Shown here: piece after piece, positions 27,807 through 35,688 of the stretch
How the letters are laid out: the number at the start of each line of letters is the position of its first letter
Numbering within the stretch: position 1 is the stretch's first letter
From: a virus
Lineage: Duplodnaviria; Caudoviricetes
Direction: 5' to 3' (one strand)
IMG/VR virus record: IMGVR_UViG_3300037761_000147
Location: 1 to 48,892 of that record
DNA length: 48,892 bases
Made by a program: the position numbers and the translations under genes
Notes under the pieces: model-generated
Databases searched by the model: none
Told to the model about the DNA's origin: nothing
The model's input: the letters and a program-made list of their open reading frames with translations, nothing else

Positions 27807-28039
27807 GCCCGGCGACCCGCTGGCGGGCGCTGTTCCTCGGTCTGACCGCGCTGGTGGTCGGCATGGAGATCTGGGCCAGCGCCGACGGCGACCCGGACAC
27901 CGACCCGTGGACGGACCTCATAACCGACTACGTTCCGGCGGAGGTCACGTTCGCGCTGATCGGCGCGCTGGTTCTTTGGCTACCTGTCCACTTCGGTGTG
28001 CGGTACTGGCGGAAGCGCAAGGCGGACAAGATCGACTAG
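27803..28039 (+). CDS. Small two-TM membrane protein
   Basis: Two hydrophobic segments, basic C-terminus; GTGA overlap. Confidence 0.65.
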   Translation: MSPATRWRALFLGLTALVVGMEIWASADGDPDTDPWTDLITDYVPAEVTFALIGALVLWLPVHFGVRYWRKRKADKID

Positions 28040-28061
28040 ACGTGGTTCCGGGGTTGGGGTG

Positions 28062-28103
28062 AGCCCGGCCGGGAGGGATGGTGGCCCTCCCGGCCGGGCT
28101 TTG
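28062..28103. terminator. Intrinsic terminator between convergent genes
   Basis: Perfect 16-bp stem AGCCCGGCCGGGAGGG / CCCTCCCGGCCGGGCT, followed by TTG. Confidence 0.85.
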
Positions 28104-28118
28104 CTGTGCGCGGAGGGG

Positions 28119-29354
28119 TCAGCGCCCGAAGGTGGCGTGGGTGTGCGTCAGCGTTTCGGCCCGGTCCAGGTGTGCCCGGATCTCGTTGATGCGGCCGATG
28201 ACCTGCCCATTGGACACGTTGCCCCTATGGCCGGCTTCGATGCTGGCGCAGGCGCCCTTGACCTCGCCCAGCGCGCGGCCCAGTCGGTCCCACGCCGACT
28301 GCGGCTGAACGACTGGTGGGCGCTCGTTGGGGTCTAACCCGCGCTCCTTGCGTGCCTCCCGCCGGGCATCCGCTACCGTCTTGATCTCGCCTTTGTCGAC
28401 GCGAGCCTGGGTTTGCGGTGCGACGTCCAGGTCTTTGAGTGCCTCGACCGAGCGGACGGTGGCAAGTCCACCGGACTCCCTGACGGCGATCTCGGCGGCC
28501 TTTGCCGACTCGAATTTATCAAGATCCTTTGGCTCGCGCACTTTTGCGCTAGCCAGTTGATCTTCCAGTTTCCCCTTCCGGGCCCGCTCAACGCGTTCCT
28601 TGGCCTTCTCTCGTGCATCGGGCAGGAACAACTGCCGGACGATCGACGCCCGTTGCGCGCTGGTCAAGTGCCGACGGTTCACGTTCAGCGACAACACCCG
28701 GGCCCGCGCCCTGGCCTCGTCACCATCAACCTCGGATACCCGCACCGGTACGCCCAACGCCGCCGCGGCGGCGATACGGTGCCGACCGTCGAGCACGGCA
28801 CCGTTCCACACCACGACCGGAAGCTCGACGCCGTTGCGTTTGATGTCCGCGGCCAGTTCCGTGAACTCCTTCTCGGAGATCTGCGGGATGGCCCGGGCCA
28901 GCGGGTGCAGCCTCATCCCGCGTTCCTTGGTGCCACCCTTGGCGCCCATGACGGTCACGTAGAACGGGCGGTCCTCGCTCAAGTCGTTGTACGCCGCGCG
29001 CAGCGCCCGCTCCTCGTCCTTCTCGTTGGTCTCGACGAAGCGGTGCAGCTTGCGCCGCTCGTAACGCAACGACTCGAACGGCTTGGCCAGCCGGTAGCCG
29101 TTGTCATCGGCGGCGAGCTGGCTGCCGAGCGCGGCCACGGCCCGCTCGATCAGGAACCGGACCGCGTCCGAGCCGTTGCCGATCCCGTGGTGCTGGCGGA
29201 CCCGGGTCAGATCGCTAGGCACCGTGTGCCGGTAGGTCTTGGCCATGTCGCCGATGGACAGGGCAGCCGGAGCCGCCCCGTCCATCTGCGTGACGACGTG
29301 GCGGACCACGCTGAGGAAGTCCAGCGCATAATCCTTCTCCACGCCTGGATTCAT
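28119..29354 (-). CDS. ParB N-terminal-domain protein with ~145-aa N-terminal extension
   Basis: HPLA..IP....EF..LA.DIK.NG...P......VLDGRHR..A; LNVNRRHLT..QRA. Confidence 0.85.
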   Translation of the reverse strand: MNPGVEKDYALDFLSVVRHVVTQMDGAAPAALSIGDMAKTYRHTVPSDLTRVRQHHGIGNGSDAVRFLIERAVAALGSQLAADDNGYRLAKPFESLRYERRKLHRFVETNEKDEERALRAAYNDLSEDRPFYVTVMGAKGGTKERGMRLHPLARAIPQISEKEFTELAADIKRNGVELPVVVWNGAVLDGRHRIAAAAALGVPVRVSEVDGDEARARARVLSLNVNRRHLTSAQRASIVRQLFLPDAREKAKERVERARKGKLEDQLASAKVREPKDLDKFESAKAAEIAVRESGGLATVRSVEALKDLDVAPQTQARVDKGEIKTVADARREARKERGLDPNERPPVVQPQSAWDRLGRALGEVKGACASIEAGHRGNVSNGQVIGRINEIRAHLDRAETLTHTHATFGR

Positions 29355-29358
29355 CGGC

Positions 29359-30330
29359 CTACCTCTGCGCTTCCAGCAGCACGGAGAGGACCTTGATCGA
29401 CCGTTCGATCATCTGAACATGCTGCGGTGCGACGTTCGGATCGGTTTCGATCAGCTCACTCTCGCGGCCCTCGTACTTCACCACATTGCCCAGGTGCTGG
29501 CGCAGCTGGCGGGCCACAGGCGGCTTGGCCCGCCCGGTCAGCGTCTGCTCGGCGATCCGGTCACCCATCTCCACCCGTACGGAGTGGATCTTCTCCAGCG
29601 CACCCTGGTCCGATCCGGCGGCCTTCATCTCCTTGGCCATGCCGGCCACCTCGCCGGCGTTCAACCCGGCATCGCGGGTCAAGCTCGCCAACTCCTTGAA
29701 CGGCACGTCGTTGAGGTTCAGGGCCTCGCGGCTGCCCAGCGCGCGCAGCGACGCGCTGCGCACCCCGCCCTGTCCGCCGTTCTCCTTCAGCCCGACGCGG
29801 GTGAGCTTGTCGATCGCGTCGATCTCCTTGCGGACCTGGGTGACCACCGAGGGCTTGACGCCCAGGGCGCGACCGATCTGCTCGGTCTTCCACCCGAGAG
29901 CGATCATCGCCTCGGCGGCAGTCCGGGCCTCCTTGCGCGTCAGCGGACGGCCGTTCAGGTTGTTCAGCGTCGAGGCCAGCGCGGTGAGCTGGTTGCGCTC
30001 CTTGACGCTGCCGGCGGCACTGGCGTCGACCACTATGGCCGGGAAGAACTTCTGCTTGCGCGCCAGGGACGCCCCCACGCGGGTATTGCCATCGACGATC
30101 CAGTTGTCGGAGGTGACGATGATCGGGGGAAACTGCGAGTGCTCCATCTGCACCGCGTAGCGCTCGACCTCATCCTTGGGGGCGTAGTGCGAGCTGTCCC
30201 GCACCTGCACCCGACGCTTCGGGTCGAGATCGTTGAGGTCGAACTGGGCGACCTCCTGATATCCGAAGCCGAGGCGCTCGATCTCGACGATCGCCATAGG
30301 CTTGGTCTGGGTTGTGGGTGTCGTAGCCAC
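29359..30330 (-). CDS. Divergent ParB-fold protein with HTH
   Basis: FPPIIV...IVDGNTR..A; N..NGRPLT..E; GWKTEQIGRALGV HTH; AAAGGAGG RBS before GTG 30330. Confidence 0.8.
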   Translation of the reverse strand: MATTPTTQTKPMAIVEIERLGFGYQEVAQFDLNDLDPKRRVQVRDSSHYAPKDEVERYAVQMEHSQFPPIIVTSDNWIVDGNTRVGASLARKQKFFPAIVVDASAAGSVKERNQLTALASTLNNLNGRPLTRKEARTAAEAMIALGWKTEQIGRALGVKPSVVTQVRKEIDAIDKLTRVGLKENGGQGGVRSASLRALGSREALNLNDVPFKELASLTRDAGLNAGEVAGMAKEMKAAGSDQGALEKIHSVRVEMGDRIAEQTLTGRAKPPVARQLRQHLGNVVKYEGRESELIETDPNVAPQHVQMIERSIKVLSVLLEAQR

Positions 30331-30387
30331 CTGCAACCCTCCTTTCGTGTCTCCGCACGACCCCATCCGGAGCCGTGCGCAGTTGTC

Positions 30388-30415
30388 ACTGTACACGTGC
30401 TGGCTAGATTGTCAA
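30388..30415 (-). promoter_or_regulatory. SigA-type promoter for the ParB-ParB operon
   Basis: Minus strand TTGACA-N16-TACAGT. Confidence 0.7.
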
Positions 30416-30514
30416 CTTGGGCACCTTGAGGCGGCTGTCAGCCTGAAACCAGTCAGCCGGCCGGCCCAGCCGGTGGGGGATAATGGAGGCTCAGACCAGA
30501 TGAGAGGCAACACC

Positions 30515-30733
30515 ATGCGCATCAAGATCTTCACCGCCGTGGCGGTCGGGCTGTTCGCCGCCGCCGGGCTCGCCACCCCGGCGCACGCCGACCCGATCAC
30601 CTGCCCACCCGGGCAGGAAGCCACCCTGAATCCGTCGCAGGGCGGCTGGGTGTGCGTCAACAACGGCGGCAACACCAACAACAGCGAGGACCCGAAGCCG
30701 CCGAACGCCAACAAGGGCGACTTCCGGCCGTAG
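30515..30733 (+). CDS. Small secreted protein (Sec signal, AHA|D cleavage; two Cys)
   Basis: MRIKIFTAVAVGLFAAAGLATPAHA signal peptide; GAGAGG RBS; mature part about 47 aa. Confidence 0.8.
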   Translation: MRIKIFTAVAVGLFAAAGLATPAHADPITCPPGQEATLNPSQGGWVCVNNGGNTNNSEDPKPPNANKGDFRP

Positions 30734-30770
30734 TACGATGACGGTGTTGGTCACCGCCGCACAAGGGTGA

Positions 30771-30808
30771 CAAAGCCCGGCCGAGGGAGACCTCGGCCGG
30801 GCTGTTTG
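30771..30808. terminator. Bidirectional intrinsic terminator
   Basis: 13-bp stem AGCCCGGCCGAGG / CCTCGGCCGGGCT with GAGA loop, flanked by AAA and GTTT. Confidence 0.85.
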
Positions 30809-30820
30809 CTGTGCGCTGGG

Positions 30821-31264
30821 TCAGCCGGCCGAATCGCGGCACTGGGCAGCGTTGTCCCGGTAGTCAGACGAGCCGATCTGCTCGGTCAGCTCCTCCACGT
30901 CCGCAGTGATCGTGTTCATCTGGTCGGTCAAGTCCTCGATCGCCGCAGCGTCGTAGGCCATCCCGGCTTCGATCCCGTCGTAGATCATCATGGGCATTTC
31001 GGCGGCGATGCCGGCGAAGTCCGCGCCGAATCCCATCAGGTCCTCGGCGTTGTCCAGGGCCTCGAGGCAGACGTCGGGGACGTCGGCGACGGTGACCACG
31101 CTCGCAGGCGGGCTGGTGTCGCTGGTGGTCTCGGCACTCTCGCCGCTGCTGCCGATGGCAATGCCGATGATCAGCGCGGCGACGGCGGTGGCGAAGATCC
31201 ACGGCCAGCGGCGGCGGGGTTTCGCGGGGACGGTTGGGGTGGTCGGCTGCGTGTCGATGCTCAT
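30821..31264 (-). CDS. Single-pass membrane protein with acidic extracytoplasmic helical domain (candidate exclusion protein)
   Basis: KPRRRWPW + TM + Ser/Thr linker + two Cys. Confidence 0.7.
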   Translation of the reverse strand: MSIDTQPTTPTVPAKPRRRWPWIFATAVAALIIGIAIGSSGESAETTSDTSPPASVVTVADVPDVCLEALDNAEDLMGFGADFAGIAAEMPMMIYDGIEAGMAYDAAAIEDLTDQMNTITADVEELTEQIGSSDYRDNAAQCRDSAG

Positions 31265-31348
31265 GGTCTACTACTCTCCGGTCGGGTGGCGGGTCTGTTC
31301 CGCCACTCGGCCCCCGCCGCCCCGCAGGGCGGTTGGGACCGGGCAGCG

Positions 31349-31519
31349 TCAGCGGGTCCGCAGGTCCAGGGCGGACACCAGCCGGGTCAGGGCCAGGGCA
31401 CGCCGCTGGTATGCGATCGCCGCGGTGTGGAAGGTGGCAGCGGTCGCAGCGGTGCGCAACTCCACCCGCGCCTCAGCCATGCGGAAGGCCATCTCCAAGA
31501 CAGCCTGGGCCAGGGTCAT
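31349..31519 (-). CDS. Hypothetical protein (56 aa)
   Basis: GAGGAGTGAGG RBS before ATG. Confidence 0.6.
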   Translation of the reverse strand: MTLAQAVLEMAFRMAEARVELRTAATAATFHTAAIAYQRRALALTRLVSALDLRTR

Positions 31520-31524
31520 GATCC

Positions 31525-31752
31525 TCACTCCTCGTCGGCTAGTTGGACGATGTGGTGGGGTGCGCGTAGATGATCTGACAACAACTCCCCGCGGCGGGGG
31601 TGCCAGCCACATGAACACCATGGGGGGATGCCCGCGTATGGGGTCACCACCGCCCGGTGCTCGCGCTGCTCGGGTGGGAGGTCCAGCGCATCGGCGATAG
31701 AGGCTGCCCACCGCTGGCCATGATCAGGTTGTATCGCTCTGGTATCAGTCAT
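31525..31752 (-). CDS. Hypothetical protein with CSCGW...H motif
   Basis: GGAAAGGAAG RBS; possible Zn-binding. Confidence 0.6.
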   Translation of the reverse strand: MTDTRAIQPDHGQRWAASIADALDLPPEQREHRAVVTPYAGIPPWCSCGWHPRRGELLSDHLRAPHHIVQLADEE

Positions 31753-31788
31753 GTCGGCTCACTTCCTTTCCGTGGTGGTGCGGTGGGA

Positions 31789-31971
31789 TTACCGGGCGAG
31801 CTGCAGTTGGGCGAGTAGCCGGCCGTGGAGCTCCGGCTCCCGGTGCAGCTGCGGGCATTGCGCCAGTAGCTCGGCGGTGGTGAGGACGCCGGACTGGGTG
31901 ACCGGCAGTGGCCGCGCGCACGCCGGGCACCATGTGGTGGAGGTGGCCGGTCGGGTGGTGGTGGTGCTCAT
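31789..31971 (-). CDS. Small CxxC hypothetical protein
   Basis: GAGGAGGAG RBS. Confidence 0.55.
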   Translation of the reverse strand: MSTTTTRPATSTTWCPACARPLPVTQSGVLTTAELLAQCPQLHREPELHGRLLAQLQLAR

Positions 31972-31973
31972 GG

Positions 31974-32159
31974 TCACTCCTCCTCGCTAGTCGCGTCTGT
32001 CCGGATCAGCTTGCCGAGCCGTGCCATCACCGCGTCACGTGTTTGCCGGGACATGGCCAGCGGTGCCGCGTCGAGCAGCAAGCCGGCCGTCCTCCAGTCG
32101 TTAGCGCCGAGGGTGCGCAGAGCCTGCGCGATCTGGGTGACTGTGCGGGTGGCGGTCAT
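31974..32159 (-). CDS. Hypothetical protein (61 aa)
   Basis: GAGGAGTGAGG RBS. Confidence 0.6.
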   Translation of the reverse strand: MTATRTVTQIAQALRTLGANDWRTAGLLLDAAPLAMSRQTRDAVMARLGKLIRTDATSEEE

Positions 32160-32164
32160 GGTCC

Positions 32165-32353
32165 TCACTCCTCGCAGGTGCGGCAGGTGGTCTGGGGGTT
32201 GGGCTCGTCGGCCGGCTGGTCGCAGGTGCGGCACCAGCCGGTCTCGTCGATGTCGGTGTGCTGGCAGGGGACCTGGCCGGTGCCGCGGCAGCCGGTGCAC
32301 CACAGCTGGCCGCTGCGGGTCCATCCCCACTGCCTGGTCTCCGTCGTCCTCAT
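32165..32353 (-). CDS. Cys-rich Zn-finger-like protein (three CxxC)
   Basis: CTGC, CRTC, CRTC; leaderless promoter upstream. Confidence 0.65.
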   Translation of the reverse strand: MRTTETRQWGWTRSGQLWCTGCRGTGQVPCQHTDIDETGWCRTCDQPADEPNPQTTCRTCEE

Positions 32354-32468
32354 GGCTTAACCGTACACCGCGCGGTGCACTGATGCAAGTCGGAATGGGG
32401 AATGTGGTGTACATCACACCGCGCGGTGCTAGGTCTCTCAGAACCACCACGCGGTGTAGAGTTGAGGC
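32354..32468. promoter_or_regulatory. Divergent promoter region with three palindromic operators CACC(G/A)CGCGGTG
   Basis: Sites at 32366-32377, 32417-32428, 32445-32456; leftward TTGCAT-N17-TACGGT; rightward -10 TAGAGT at 32457-32462. Confidence 0.8.
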
Positions 32469-32687
32469 ATGAAAGAGTTGATCGGCAACGAGGCCGCCGC
32501 CGCGTACGTCGGCGTGTCGGTCAACGCGTGGCGGCCGTACGTGGCACGTGGCCAGGCCCCACCGCCCGACCGCCGTGAGATCAAGGGTGGCCACGCCATA
32601 CCAGTGTGGCGCAAGAGCACGCTCGACCAGTGGCTGCGGAACCGGCCGGGGCCGGGGAGCCGAACCGACCTTAAGTCAGGTGACTAG
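32469..32687 (+). CDS. MerR/AlpA-like HTH DNA-binding protein
   Basis: AAAYVGVS...W..YVARGQAP.PD....P.W..ST.D.W...RPG.G pattern. Confidence 0.8.
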   Translation: MKELIGNEAAAAYVGVSVNAWRPYVARGQAPPPDRREIKGGHAIPVWRKSTLDQWLRNRPGPGSRTDLKSGD

Positions 32688-33190
32688 TGGGCCAGCTACA
32701 GACCTGGACGTGGGATCAGATCTGCGATCTTCAAGAGGAGCTAGAGGAGCAACGACCAGTACCGGTCCAGCTCGCCGTTCCTCACGCGGTGTATCGGCTG
32801 TACGGGCCGGGCGATTTGGTCCTGTACATCGGGTGCACCAGGAATCCAAGGAGGCGGCTTGCCACGCACAAGTGCCTGTACAAGACGACGTGGTGGCCGT
32901 ACGTCGTGCGACACGAAATTACGTGGTACCCCGACCGCAGCCAGGCGATCTTGGTGGAAACGCATGAGCTGCGTAAACATCGGCCGCTATGCAATCCAGT
33001 GATCCCAGATCGTACCGGTAAACACAGTACGGTCACCGCAGGCCGCAAGCCGGTTCAATCACTCTGGGCCCAGGTCGACGAGATCGCCCGACAGAACGGT
33101 ATGACCGTGATGGATGTGATCTATGGAGAGCTCGGCCGCTACGTGGCCCGCCACCGTGGGCACGCTCCCACCGAAGGAGGAACGACATGA
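32687..33190 (+). CDS. GIY-YIG nuclease-domain protein with C-terminal ribbon-helix-helix-like segment
   Basis: VYRLY....VLYIG.T.N..RR...H; E......P..N. Confidence 0.8.
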   Translation: MGQLQTWTWDQICDLQEELEEQRPVPVQLAVPHAVYRLYGPGDLVLYIGCTRNPRRRLATHKCLYKTTWWPYVVRHEITWYPDRSQAILVETHELRKHRPLCNPVIPDRTGKHSTVTAGRKPVQSLWAQVDEIARQNGMTVMDVIYGELGRYVARHRGHAPTEGGTT

Positions 33191-33303
33191 TCCCGACCGA
33201 GCATGGCATCGACCTGGACGCGCCGGTATACCAGTACGAGACGATGGAGGAGTGGTTGCGCCGTTGCGCCGTGCTACGCGTCAGAGAGGACCACCCGGCA
33301 TGA
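33187..33303 (+). CDS. Small hypothetical protein (38 aa)
   Basis: GAAGGAGG RBS; ATGA overlaps on both sides. Confidence 0.5.
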   Translation: MIPTEHGIDLDAPVYQYETMEEWLRRCAVLRVREDHPA

Positions 33304-33531
33304 CGACATACGAGGAGTGGCGGGTGACCGGGGAGCCTGGCAACGGCTATCCGGCCTACGACTTCACCTGGTCTCGGCGACAAACTCCCGACCAGGACCC
33401 CGAGAAGGCAGCGCGGAGTTTCATTGAGCTAATCGCCGATGGAATCGGCTGGCAGGATGGCCCCCACTTGAGTCGGCGCACGGTTACTGAGACCGAGTGG
33501 GAGCCGACACGAGAGGACCACCCGGCATGAC
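33284..33531 (+). repeat. 21-bp direct repeat GAGAGGACCACCCGGCATGAC (33284-33304; 33511-33531)
   Basis: Exact match; both upstream genes end REDHPA*. Confidence 0.9.
33300..33530 (+). CDS. Hypothetical protein (76 aa)
   Basis: GAGAGG RBS; ATGA overlaps. Confidence 0.65.
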   Translation: MTTYEEWRVTGEPGNGYPAYDFTWSRRQTPDQDPEKAARSFIELIADGIGWQDGPHLSRRTVTETEWEPTREDHPA

Positions 33532-33925
33532 CACCCTGATCGAGTTCCTGCGCGCCCGGCTGGACGAGGATGAGGGCACAGCACGGGAGGCATGGGCACC
33601 CAACTGGCCAGACCCGCTGAGTTGGCTCTCGGAAGAAGAGTTGGTCGGCCGCTTAGACGGATCGGCGGACATCGAGGGCTTCGCCACCGCAGGCTCCAAG
33701 GCCGACGCACGTCACGTCGCCCGCCATGACCCGACGCGGGTGCTGGCCGACGTGGCAGCCAGGCGGGCGATCCTGGACCTGTGCGAGGCAGGCATCGACC
33801 CTGAGACGCCGGCTACCCCGGGCACCCGGGCCGCCTACCGGGCGATCCTCGGGTACATGGCGGCGCCGCACGACACCCGCCCTGACTACAACCCGGCGTG
33901 GCAGCCGGCGGAGGTGACCACGTGA
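33527..33925 (+). CDS. DUF6221-like protein
   Basis: LIEFLRARLDEDE...HVARHDP.RVLADV.A.R.I...PDY.P.W.P. Confidence 0.8.
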   Translation: MTTLIEFLRARLDEDEGTAREAWAPNWPDPLSWLSEEELVGRLDGSADIEGFATAGSKADARHVARHDPTRVLADVAARRAILDLCEAGIDPETPATPGTRAAYRAILGYMAAPHDTRPDYNPAWQPAEVTT

Positions 33926-34046
33926 GCCTGGACCCGATACCCTGATGCTGTGATGGAGCACTCCCCGGTTGATCATCGGGGAGGTCAGGCCGGCCCGCGC
34001 AAACGCCGTGCTCCCGGCTGGGGTTGAACCCCGGGCTGGCCGCCAC

Positions 34047-34289
34047 TCACTCGACCACGTAGCTGATGTCACCGGGGCTTGACCAGTCCCGCGGGTCGTA
34101 CACCGAGGCGACGACCACAGTGCCATCCTCCCGTGGCACACCCGGCCCGGTGGATGCCGGCACCACCCAGTCGTCCCGGCGCAGCCACGCCGCCTGCTCG
34201 AGTGCCTCTGCCCGTGATGGCCACGGCGCCGCGCACACGTCGGCCGCCTCAGCCCACGGGCTGCCCGGTGCGCCCACCCCGTCTGCCAC
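34047..34289 (-). CDS. Hypothetical protein (80 aa)
   Basis: AGGGGGAG RBS before GTG; acidic composition. Confidence 0.45.
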   Translation of the reverse strand: MADGVGAPGSPWAEAADVCAAPWPSRAEALEQAAWLRRDDWVVPASTGPGVPREDGTVVVASVYDPRDWSSPGDISYVVE

Positions 34290-34447
34290 GGCTCCCCCTG
34301 TTGGTCAGGTCGTTTGCGTCGGCTCCCCGGTGACCAGGGGTGCGGCCCGGGCGGTTACGCCGGGCAGCGTGGCGGCCGGGCCGCACAGCGCACGGTATCG
34401 CGTATCCGGGGACACGCATACCCCCATGCGGGTTCAATGTCCCCTAC

Positions 34448-34603
34448 ATGGGCAGGCAGACAACCATCTACGTCCGCGAGGACGACTTGCCGCTGTGGGA
34501 GCGGGCGGAGCGGTACGCCCGGGCCCACCGGATGCCGGTCTCCGGGCTGGTCATGGCCGCGCTCGAGCGGTACCTCGAGCAGCAGGGTCATCCGAATGGG
34601 TGA
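34448..34603 (+). CDS. Ribbon-helix-helix (CopG/Arc-like) DNA-binding protein
   Basis: QTTIYV beta strand then helices ...SGLV..ALERYL. Confidence 0.75.
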   Translation: MGRQTTIYVREDDLPLWERAERYARAHRMPVSGLVMAALERYLEQQGHPNG

Positions 34604-34904
34604 CCCTCTGCGCTCGGTGATCTACGTGCCGTCGGGGCTCGAGCTGCACCGTTGGCTGAAAATCTGTGCAGAAACCGTGGAGCTCCACGGGTGGGAGTTG
34701 GCCGCCGTCGTCCGCCACTGGTCCGATGTGCGGCAGCTGCTGCGTGCCGGGCTGCTCGACACGCTGGTCGTCGGCCACCCCGGCCACCTCGACCCGCAGC
34801 GGATACCGCGGGTGGTCATCGCCGGTGACCAGCCGCTGCCGGCGACCACCACCGTGCCGGAGCAGCGCAGGCCGGTCATCCGGCTAGGTCCGGCAGGCCG
34901 TTGA
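34596..34904 (+). CDS. Degenerate resolvase-N-terminal-like protein (no catalytic Ser motif)
   Basis: VIYV...C......GWEL..V...L..G..D.LVV....L pattern; lacks YxRVS. Confidence 0.5.
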   Translation: MGDPLRSVIYVPSGLELHRWLKICAETVELHGWELAAVVRHWSDVRQLLRAGLLDTLVVGHPGHLDPQRIPRVVIAGDQPLPATTTVPEQRRPVIRLGPAGR

Positions 34905-35688
34905 CCGCGGCGGTCAACGCCGCCGGCGGGACCAGCGTGTACACCTGCGTGGTCGTGGGTGACGCATGCCCGAGCAGCTCCTGCACGGTGCGCAGGTTCG
35001 CCCCGCTACCCAGGGCCGCGGTGGCATGCCAGGCGCGCAGCCGGTGCAGACCGCCGGTCAGCCCGAGCCGGCGCAGCTCATGCCGGCCCCGGTCGGATAT
35101 CCGCTTCGCGGGGGCGCCGCCGGCCAACCACCCGGCGGGCAGGTTGGCCACCGCGGCCCACACCAGCGGGTGGCAGGGCACCGTCCGCTCCTTGGAGCCT
35201 TTGCCGTCCAGCCGCACGCTGGTCTGCGTGACGTCCTCCCGTCGTAGCCGGGAGATTTCGACACACCGGGCGCCGGTGTACGCGGCGATCAGCGCCCACA
35301 GCCGCACTGGCGGGTCGGCGCGGGTCAGGATCCGGCGGGTTTCCTCGTCGGTGGTGGGCCGTGGCAGCCGTCGGGGGATCTTGACCGGGGGCAGTCTGGC
35401 GGTCGGGTCGTAGTCAGAGTATCCGCGGTCGGCCAGCCACCGGTGGAGGCTACGCAACGCGGCCCGGTAGGTGGAGCGGGTCGCCGGCGCCCAGTCGCGG
35501 GAGGTGAGCCACGCCCGGAGCTCGGCGGTGGTGGCGACGACGACACCGGCGGGCAGGTGTTGGTGGGCCAGGCGCAGCGCGGTGGCGTAGGTGGCGACGG
35601 TGCTGGCCGCGGCGGTGTGCACCAGGTCTGCCAGGTACTCGTCGAGTAACTCGGCGTGCATCGACTCAGGGTGTGCGGTTACGGTCAC
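34876..35688 (-). CDS. int: Tyrosine integrase, short XerC/D-like (no arm-binding domain)
   Basis: TGAR, GKGSKER, HRLR, LLGHAS..TTQVY catalytic motifs; 270 aa. Confidence 0.95.
   Translation of the reverse strand: MTVTAHPESMHAELLDEYLADLVHTAAASTVATYATALRLAHQHLPAGVVVATTAELRAWLTSRDWAPATRSTYRAALRSLHRWLADRGYSDYDPTARLPPVKIPRRLPRPTTDEETRRILTRADPPVRLWALIAAYTGARCVEISRLRREDVTQTSVRLDGKGSKERTVPCHPLVWAAVANLPAGWLAGGAPAKRISDRGRHELRRLGLTGGLHRLRAWHATAALGSGANLRTVQELLGHASPTTTQVYTLVPPAALTAAVNGLPDLAG

Noticed and set aside
28119-30330. Plasmid-prophage parABS partition system
   Set aside because: No ParA Walker-box ATPase or tandem parS array seen, and an intact integrase is present
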